Assembly (NCBI GenBank): GCA_001189195.1
Contig: LFCQ01000003.1
Location: forward strand, 7,059 to 71,058
Direction of reading: 5' to 3'
From: Parcubacteria bacterium C7867-007
GTDB lineage: Bacteria > Patescibacteriota > Minisyncoccia > Phycocordibacterales > Phycocordibacteraceae
DNA: 64,000 nt
Positions 58,656 to 64,000 of this stretch are shown here, piece after piece. The translations under genes were made by a program, and so were the position numbers. Below the pieces are notes generated by a model, which searched no databases, was not told the DNA's origin, and worked only from the letters and a program-made list of their open reading frames with translations. Within the stretch, counting starts at the first letter, position 1. Each line of letters starts with the position of its first letter.

Positions 58656-59111
58656 ATGAAAATTCATCTCGGGAAGCAACAATACCTTAAGTTACTAACT
58701 TTCATCTTTGGGTTTGCCTTGGTTATATTGGGTTTTTTCGTTGACAACCTTAAGGAATTCTCCGGTGTTGCAAGGATATTCTTTCCAGATGCATATTACC
58801 TAAACGAAGCGTTGGTGCATTTGGATTCCAAGAAAGATGTTCATGTCGGCGATCCGTCGTTCAAGTATGTGATTAAGCGGTGTGCGCCACCAGACTTTGA
58901 TTCGACGTTAGTAACGAGCTTTACAAAGGGCACTACAACTTATTACGTGACCTCGATGAGTCGTAAACCAGATTTTGGGATTCACGCACGGATTGGTGAG
59001 CTGACATCAGAGAGACCCATCTGCAACTCTCAAGCTCTTGAGGTGTCCGAGGACAAGATTTTGCTCTACGTCGGTCTACTTATTTCAATTGTGGGTTTTC
59101 TGATTAAGTAA
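58656..59111 (+). CDS. Hypothetical protein with N- and C-terminal TM segments
   Basis: 151-aa ORF starting right after the tRNA break point. Confidence 0.6.
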   Translation: MKIHLGKQQYLKLLTFIFGFALVILGFFVDNLKEFSGVARIFFPDAYYLNEALVHLDSKKDVHVGDPSFKYVIKRCAPPDFDSTLVTSFTKGTTTYYVTSMSRKPDFGIHARIGELTSERPICNSQALEVSEDKILLYVGLLISIVGFLIK

Positions 59112-59218
59112 TTCCCTGCGAGGAGTGTGTGTAGCAGCTAATCATCATCACCAATGCCAGCGACAGCACCCCATAATTTGAGCTTCTTGCAGAAGCTCAT
59201 CTCAACTGGTTATAGTTA

Positions 59219-59254
59219 GGTACACCCAATAAAACTTCAGTTTGTCACGGCGGC
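59219..59254 (+). repeat. att-like repeat A
   Basis: GGTACACCCAATAAAACTTCAGTTTGTCACGGCGGC, 32/36 identical to 60239-60274. Confidence 0.85.
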
Positions 59255-59284
59255 TCCTATCCCGTTTCCGCCACATATACAGAT

Positions 59285-59998
59285 ATGGAAATAAATCGAC
59301 AGGATTCCGAAAATTCGCATAAGGATAGCTACTCCTTCTGGCCCTTTGTAAGGGAGCGGCTATTTTCAATTTGTACTGCCTTACATGCGTGGGGGATCGG
59401 CCGATCTTTTGATAAGGTGATCGTGATTCTCACACTTGCTATTGCACTCATTAGCTTGGCTCTTTCCTATCAATCAGTCTTACTGGCTCGAGAGGCCGTT
59501 GATCTGTCAACGTCTCCACAGATTAATTACTATCTTCAGACGGAAGATTTGAATAGTGGTGAATATACTTTCGGCATTGAGAATAACGGCGTTATTTCTG
59601 TTCGCGATCTGTCTGTAAGTTACGTTACAACGGACATATACAAACGAGACTGCGACATAAAGAGAACACAAATAGTAATCTGCGGCGGCAGTTCTGCAGG
59701 TATGTCTAATGCTGTTCCTTCAAAAAAGAGCAAACTACAGCCGGGAGAAACTTTTACGTTTAAATTACTAACTGGTACATCACCCGACATGATCGTCGCG
59801 GTTTCTGTAGTGACTAATTACACTCGCAATGTGGACGGGCGCAGGGCGTCTGACCGAGTCACCTATTTCATTGATAACCACAGCGTGTATACGTTAGAAG
59901 CGATAAGGGATATACCAAGTATGCAAGCGTATATTGCTGCATTCCGCCAATTTTCAGCAGACAGCACGCTTGGAAATGAAAAGATCTATTGGCAATGA
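59285..59998 (+). CDS. Hypothetical protein (TM anchor plus Ig-like beta domain)
   Basis: 'IALISLALSYQS...P.I...IENNGV...DLSV...LQPGET'. Confidence 0.7.
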   Translation: MEINRQDSENSHKDSYSFWPFVRERLFSICTALHAWGIGRSFDKVIVILTLAIALISLALSYQSVLLAREAVDLSTSPQINYYLQTEDLNSGEYTFGIENNGVISVRDLSVSYVTTDIYKRDCDIKRTQIVICGGSSAGMSNAVPSKKSKLQPGETFTFKLLTGTSPDMIVAVSVVTNYTRNVDGRRASDRVTYFIDNHSVYTLEAIRDIPSMQAYIAAFRQFSADSTLGNEKIYWQ

Positions 59999-60026
59999 TT
60001 TAGACATTCCTACGCAGACTCATTCC

Positions 60027-60082
60027 CATACCAATCCTTCTTCAACCGCGTCACCCTCCGCTCCCAGTTGATGCGCCGTATG
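60027..60082 (+). repeat. 56-bp repeat C
   Basis: CATACCAATCCTTCTTCAACCGCGTCACCCTCCGCTCCCAGTTGATGCGCCGTATG, 55/56 identical to 61922-61977. Confidence 0.92.
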
Positions 60083-60238
60083 GCTGCATGGCCCGGATTT
60101 GGAGGACGCTCTGGGGGCGTAGGAGGGATGAACGGAGGAAGTCGATCGAGAATGAGCGGGTCCTGTACGCACTTGTCCATAATTCCCGTCACCAGTTCTG
60201 AAATCTGCTCTCGCTCTGTTCGAACGTGTGCATGACTC

Positions 60239-60274
60239 GGTCCACCCAATAAAAATTCGATTTGTCACGGCGGC
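60239..60274 (+). repeat. att-like repeat B (tRNA-Ala 3' end plus trailer)
   Basis: (C)GGTCCACC can pair with the GGGCCG acceptor strand at 58602; followed by hairpin GCGGCCC/GGGCCGC-TTT. Confidence 0.85.
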
Positions 60275-60518
60275 CCTTGGGCCGCTTTGTGCGTTATATA
60301 AGAACTCCACACGTACCGAGCATCTATTGAACTGCGTGTGAACAAGCGCAAACGACCATTTCTGACGCTAAAAGGCCGCAGTACTTGACTTTATATATGA
60401 ACCGGAAGTATTATTTCAATGTCAGTTCACGCAGATAGCTATTCTGATGAATAAACAAAGGGTTTTATACGGGACGCCCTAAAAAGAAATAGTCTCGAAT
60501 TATAAAAGTACTTTCTAC

Positions 60519-61100
60519 ATGAGCACTCTCACACCTCAGCAGATGAAGGAAATGATTCAGGCATCGGAACAAGCTGTTTCCGGTATGCAGGATGAAAGCC
60601 TCAAGCGTGCAGCATTTGAAGCGATCTTGTCCCGCTTGTTGAGCGGCGATACCCCGAGTCCAACTGGACCCGTTCGAAAGCAAAAAAAAGCGGCCAGTAA
60701 GCGAAAACCAGGAACAACTAACCCTGGCTCAGGTCGTGTTCGTGCAGCAACACGTATTTCATCCCTAGAGCTCGATGCCGCCCAACTGAAGGCGCTTAAA
60801 GAATTCTATGACCACTATGCTCCCGATGGGCAAGAGGAGGCCGTATTCACACTCGCTTACTTTGCACACGATAAACTAGCAATGAAGCAGTTTCAGGATG
60901 TCGATCTACACCGGCTCTATACGACCCTACTATCATTGAAACCAACAACCAAACCACCCTCGATGTCCGCTGAAGAGGTGACACGCGCTTCCCGTTGGCT
61001 GGTTGCCCCTAGTCGAAAGAAGCAGTGGCTCAAAAGTGTCGGGGAAGGAATATTTGAAGTCAGTCCGCACGGAATGCTGCGTATGACCTACGACGCATAA
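60519..61100 (+). CDS. Hypothetical protein (N-terminal helical hairpin, basic linker, C-terminal wHTH-like domain)
   Basis: 'LKRAAFEAILSRLL', 'KKQWLKSVGEGIFEVSPHG'; TTGACT(60385)-N18-TATTAT upstream. Confidence 0.7.
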   Translation: MSTLTPQQMKEMIQASEQAVSGMQDESLKRAAFEAILSRLLSGDTPSPTGPVRKQKKAASKRKPGTTNPGSGRVRAATRISSLELDAAQLKALKEFYDHYAPDGQEEAVFTLAYFAHDKLAMKQFQDVDLHRLYTTLLSLKPTTKPPSMSAEEVTRASRWLVAPSRKKQWLKSVGEGIFEVSPHGMLRMTYDA

Positions 61101-61107
61101 GCTCTCG

Positions 61108-61845
61108 ATGATCAATTCTCCGATCGAATTCTTGCAGGCTGTCGATGCCGAATTGAAGAACGCTGTTGAGCGCGCGCGTGCCATTCTTTGGTATGCCAGT
61201 TCGAGAAGCCAAAGCGAAGGGCTCACCACAGCAGAAATTACGGACGTAATGGAGACTGCTGGTCATGCCAAGCAGAACAGAGCGCGGCTTGATACGCTTC
61301 TCACTCGGGATAAGAGATACATAAACCGAGTTCCAGGTCGCTCACAATGGCGACTCAGTGCCGTTGGAAAGCGTGAGCTTGATCCTGTGTATAGAACAGT
61401 TTCTCCGACACCGGTAACGATTGTTGTAACCGACAGCGTCCTACCTCGTGCTCTTGTTACAGGAACACGCGGTTATATTGAGAAGGTTACTCACCAAATC
61501 AATGGGTCGTACGACTGCGGACTGTATGATGCGTGCAGTGTGATGTGCAGGAGACTCTTGGAAACTCTGATTATCGAGGTATATGAACAAGCTGGCAGGA
61601 CCGATGAGATAAAAGGGGTCGACGGGAACTTCTTAATGTTCTCCGGCCTACTGGACGTTTTCGAAAAAGACAAAACGTTCACCCTCAGTCGAAATGGGAC
61701 CAAGGGATTGAGTGACTTCAAGTCTCTAGGTGACCTATCCGCACACAGTCGTCGATACAATGCCCTAAAGGCTGATATTGATCGAGTGCAAAGCGGTCTT
61801 CGTGTTGCGGTCGAAGAACTATTGCATCTAGCTAAACTCAAGTAA
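61108..61845 (+). CDS. wHTH plus DUF4145/HEPN-like protein, candidate defense or toxin effector
   Basis: 'QINGSYDCGLYDACSVMCRRLLETLIIEVY' and 'KSLGDLSAHSRR' (variant HEPN Rx4H site). Confidence 0.7.
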   Translation: MINSPIEFLQAVDAELKNAVERARAILWYASSRSQSEGLTTAEITDVMETAGHAKQNRARLDTLLTRDKRYINRVPGRSQWRLSAVGKRELDPVYRTVSPTPVTIVVTDSVLPRALVTGTRGYIEKVTHQINGSYDCGLYDACSVMCRRLLETLIIEVYEQAGRTDEIKGVDGNFLMFSGLLDVFEKDKTFTLSRNGTKGLSDFKSLGDLSAHSRRYNALKADIDRVQSGLRVAVEELLHLAKLK

Positions 61846-61921
61846 GAGGTACGTGAAAGACGTCTCTACCACTTGAACTGCATCTCTATCGGGATTTAGG
61901 CAGCCTCTCCTCTATCCTTCT

Positions 61922-61977
61922 CATACCAATCCTTCTTCAACCGCTTCACCCTCCGCTCCCAGTTGATGCGCCGTATG
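61922..61977 (+). repeat. 56-bp repeat D
   Basis: One mismatch to 60027-60082. Confidence 0.92.
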
Positions 61978-62076
61978 TCATAGTTATTCAAACAACTCAC
62001 CCACACTGACACAAACACCAATTTGTTAAAACCAAAATACTATTGTATAAAGTACTCGGCACAGGGGAGAGCTGCA

Positions 62077-62481
62077 ATGATTGAAATAGAGCACGGCTTC
62101 ATTTCCTTCAAAGGACTTGAAGTACTACCGAACACCAAGATATACCTTGACCCCGAACCGCAAGGGAGAGCATTCCGGACGGGTCGTGTGGGTCGTCCAC
62201 GGAAGTCGGAAGTCCTTCATCCACCACACTTCTACATGTCGTTCGTGGTGGAGTGCAACGGTCAGACTGAGCGTATTGAGCACGAGGAGTTGATTCCCTT
62301 CACCTTCTTCCCGCTCACACACGATGTCTGTATCTGCATCACATACCGTAGCCAGACCGTGTTCTTTGCACTCTCTATCAGCAAGAAGCAAAGTCTCAAA
62401 GTGAAAGGGGAGGAAGACATCTTCCTTGAGGTTGCTTTGTCCTGGGAACAGGCAAAGAACTTCTTTCAGGTGATTCGCTAA
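62077..62481 (+). CDS. Hypothetical protein
   Basis: SD GGGGAG, TGTATAAA upstream, terminator GCGCCCC(C)TC/GAGGGGCGC-TGTTTT near 62510-62540. Confidence 0.6.
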   Translation: MIEIEHGFISFKGLEVLPNTKIYLDPEPQGRAFRTGRVGRPRKSEVLHPPHFYMSFVVECNGQTERIEHEELIPFTFFPLTHDVCICITYRSQTVFFALSISKKQSLKVKGEEDIFLEVALSWEQAKNFFQVIR

Positions 62482-62551
62482 CTATCGTGCGAGCACTAAT
62501 ACTGCAACGGCGCCCCCTCATCGAGGGGCGCTGTTTTGTTTCTATTACAGG

Positions 62552-63676
62552 CTACGCACGCTTGAATATAAAGCGTGAAAGCACAAGGAAACTTTCAATA
62601 GCGATAATGAGTGCAGCAATTGCTTGAGCCAAAATGTACCAAACTCCTAGATAGTGTACGAGAATAAATACTATCCCTGTGTTTAGAACAAGGTTAATAG
62701 ACGCAACGAGCAAGTGAAGGGGAACCTGTATTGCCGTTGATTTCTGATGCTTGTAGTTAAAGGTCCAGTATTTATGAAGCAAGAAGTTCACAACACCTGA
62801 TGTCACAAACGCCACAACTGATGAAAGCAAATACCAGAGGTGTGAGATATCGGTGAGGATATAGAGAACTGCAATATTCACCAGTACACTTATCGAACCA
62901 GTGGTGAGAAAGCGGAGTGCCTTAGGAACCTCTTTGCCCATCGGTGCGCTGTGTATACCTAAACGGAAGAATACGATTGCTAACAGGCAATACAAGCCAT
63001 GTCTGGCACGTATCTTCTTTCCTTCTGTGACAGTGCGAGGATGATAGCTGATGGGTACCTGCGTAACGGTACCTGCGTGCTGGAGTATGTACGTCATCTC
63101 AATAGCATCAAAGACGAAGTCGTCACTCGGTGCTGCCAAGAGCGCAGGTATACGTTCACGAGGAAAGACCTTGTAGCAGCAAGGAACATCTTTAAATGAA
63201 CTTTTAAAGGCAAGATTATAGAACGATGATACTAACCTGCCTCCATAGAACAACATTCTATTTCGGTGAGCATCCTCTTCGGCAAGGGTACGGTATCCAA
63301 ATACCGTATCAACTCTCCCTTCAATGATTGGTGCAAGAAGTGATGGGTATTGTCCAGGATCAATCTCAAGGTCTGCATCTTGAATGATGCAGTATTCACC
63401 CGTTGCATGACGGAGTCCTTCTTTAACGGCACCACCTTTGCCTAGGTTCAGTGGAAGGTACACAACCTGCACAGTATTCTCTACACTACCAGATGAGAGT
63501 TTCCTTAATGCAACATGCGTCTCTTCTTTAGAGCCATCATCAACAACAATGATCTCTTTGGACCACCCAGAAGGAAGTTCAGTTGCAGTTACACGCTCAA
63601 CAACCTGGACAATAGTCTCAGCCTCGTTGAAACAAGGGATGATAACGCTTAGAAGTCTTTCCTCAGTCCTACTCAT
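62552..63676 (-). CDS. GT2 (DPM1-like) glycosyltransferase fused to a GtrA-like flippase domain
   Basis: SVIIPCFNE, IVVDDGS, NLGKGGA, QDADLE; C-terminal 4-TM 'RFLTTG...NFLLHKYWTF'. Confidence 0.9.
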   Translation of the reverse strand: MSRTEERLLSVIIPCFNEAETIVQVVERVTATELPSGWSKEIIVVDDGSKEETHVALRKLSSGSVENTVQVVYLPLNLGKGGAVKEGLRHATGEYCIIQDADLEIDPGQYPSLLAPIIEGRVDTVFGYRTLAEEDAHRNRMLFYGGRLVSSFYNLAFKSSFKDVPCCYKVFPRERIPALLAAPSDDFVFDAIEMTYILQHAGTVTQVPISYHPRTVTEGKKIRARHGLYCLLAIVFFRLGIHSAPMGKEVPKALRFLTTGSISVLVNIAVLYILTDISHLWYLLSSVVAFVTSGVVNFLLHKYWTFNYKHQKSTAIQVPLHLLVASINLVLNTGIVFILVHYLGVWYILAQAIAALIIAIESFLVLSRFIFKRA

Positions 63677-64000
63677 AGAATTGTACAAGGGCATACTTGC
63701 CAGAACGTAGCAGCGCCCGCTTCTCACAAGATGCAACGCCTTCAGTGAAGTCTGTCATATCAAGAAGGCCATACTGGAGATCGTGCGCCTTTCCGTAGTC
63801 AGCAAAGGCAACACAATCTTTAGTTTCAAGTACGTCACGTACTTCGTGGTATCGAGCAAACCACTGATCTGCCGCTGCACCATCATACAAGGCAACGTTG
63901 CCATCCTTTCGAGCCACATACGTTGAACGATTTCCATAGGCACGCACCAGATTAGCCTCACCGTCTGGATTGGCAAGAACCATACTCTGTGGAGGTATGA
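63669..64000 (-). CDS. C-terminus of a gene starting beyond the window (likely glycosylation-related membrane protein)
   Basis: Open frame at the edge; its stop overlaps the GT2 start (ATGAGTAG). Confidence 0.55.
   Translation of the reverse strand, partial: IPPQSMVLANPDGEANLVRAYGNRSTYVARKDGNVALYDGAAADQWFARYHEVRDVLETKDCVAFADYGKAHDLQYGLLDMTDFTEGVASCEKRALLRSGKYALVQFYE

Larger units (their letters stand above)
58602..61977. mobile_element. tRNA-Ala-associated accessory island built from tandem cassettes; no integrase in the window
   Basis: Broken tRNA, two 36-bp repeats beginning with the tRNA 3' end, two 56-bp repeats, orphan cargo genes. Confidence 0.7.

Noticed and set aside
58602-60249. 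Intron-containing or spliced tRNA-Ala
   Set aside because: Neither downstream copy supplies a proper T-arm (spacing and pairing are wrong) and no group I/II intron core is evident; an integration scar fits better.
1-64000. CRISPR array, rRNA, integrase, transposase or reverse transcriptase/DGR
   Set aside because: No regularly spaced repeats or recognisable motifs were seen; the repeat pairs found are not consistent adenine-specific TR/VR pairs and no RT is present.
1-64000. Alternative genetic code (UGA as Gly or Trp)
   Set aside because: Conserved genes are full length under code 11, TGA ends genes such as uvrC, and tRNA-Trp has a CCA anticodon.

Overview
A 64-kb stretch of a bacterial chromosome that reads as Patescibacteria/CPR, probably Parcubacteria (inferred from tandem VirB2/TrbC-like pilins, a free-standing VirD4-like ATPase, short IF2, DnaX and UvrC, and standard code 11). 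The backbone is housekeeping: alr, rbfA, infB, clpB, rpmG, miaA, parB, rel, topA, dprA, serS, dus, dnaX, tgt, uvrB/A/C, ddl, an ECF sigma/anti-sigma pair and 7 intact tRNAs. Backbone genes mostly carry an extended -10 box 6-9 nt before the ATG and no Shine-Dalgarno, suggesting leaderless or near-leaderless mRNAs. About ten orphan genes are interleaved, most with their own TTGACA promoter, SD and terminator. The most notable items are: (1) two tandem paralogs with a shared pilin-like N-terminus fused to different predicted peptidoglycan-hydrolase domains (M15-like peptidase versus lysozyme-like transglycosylase); (2) a broken tRNA-Ala followed by an integrase-free tandem array of small cassettes with shared ends and different cargo, including a wHTH + wHTH-HEPN(DUF4145-like) pair; (3) a tRNA-Gln 3'-end duplication bounding about 3.9 kb; (4) two unexplained structured intergenic RNA candidates. 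No CRISPR array, rRNA, integrase, transposase or reverse transcriptase was seen. All calls are by eye from motifs; no searches were run.
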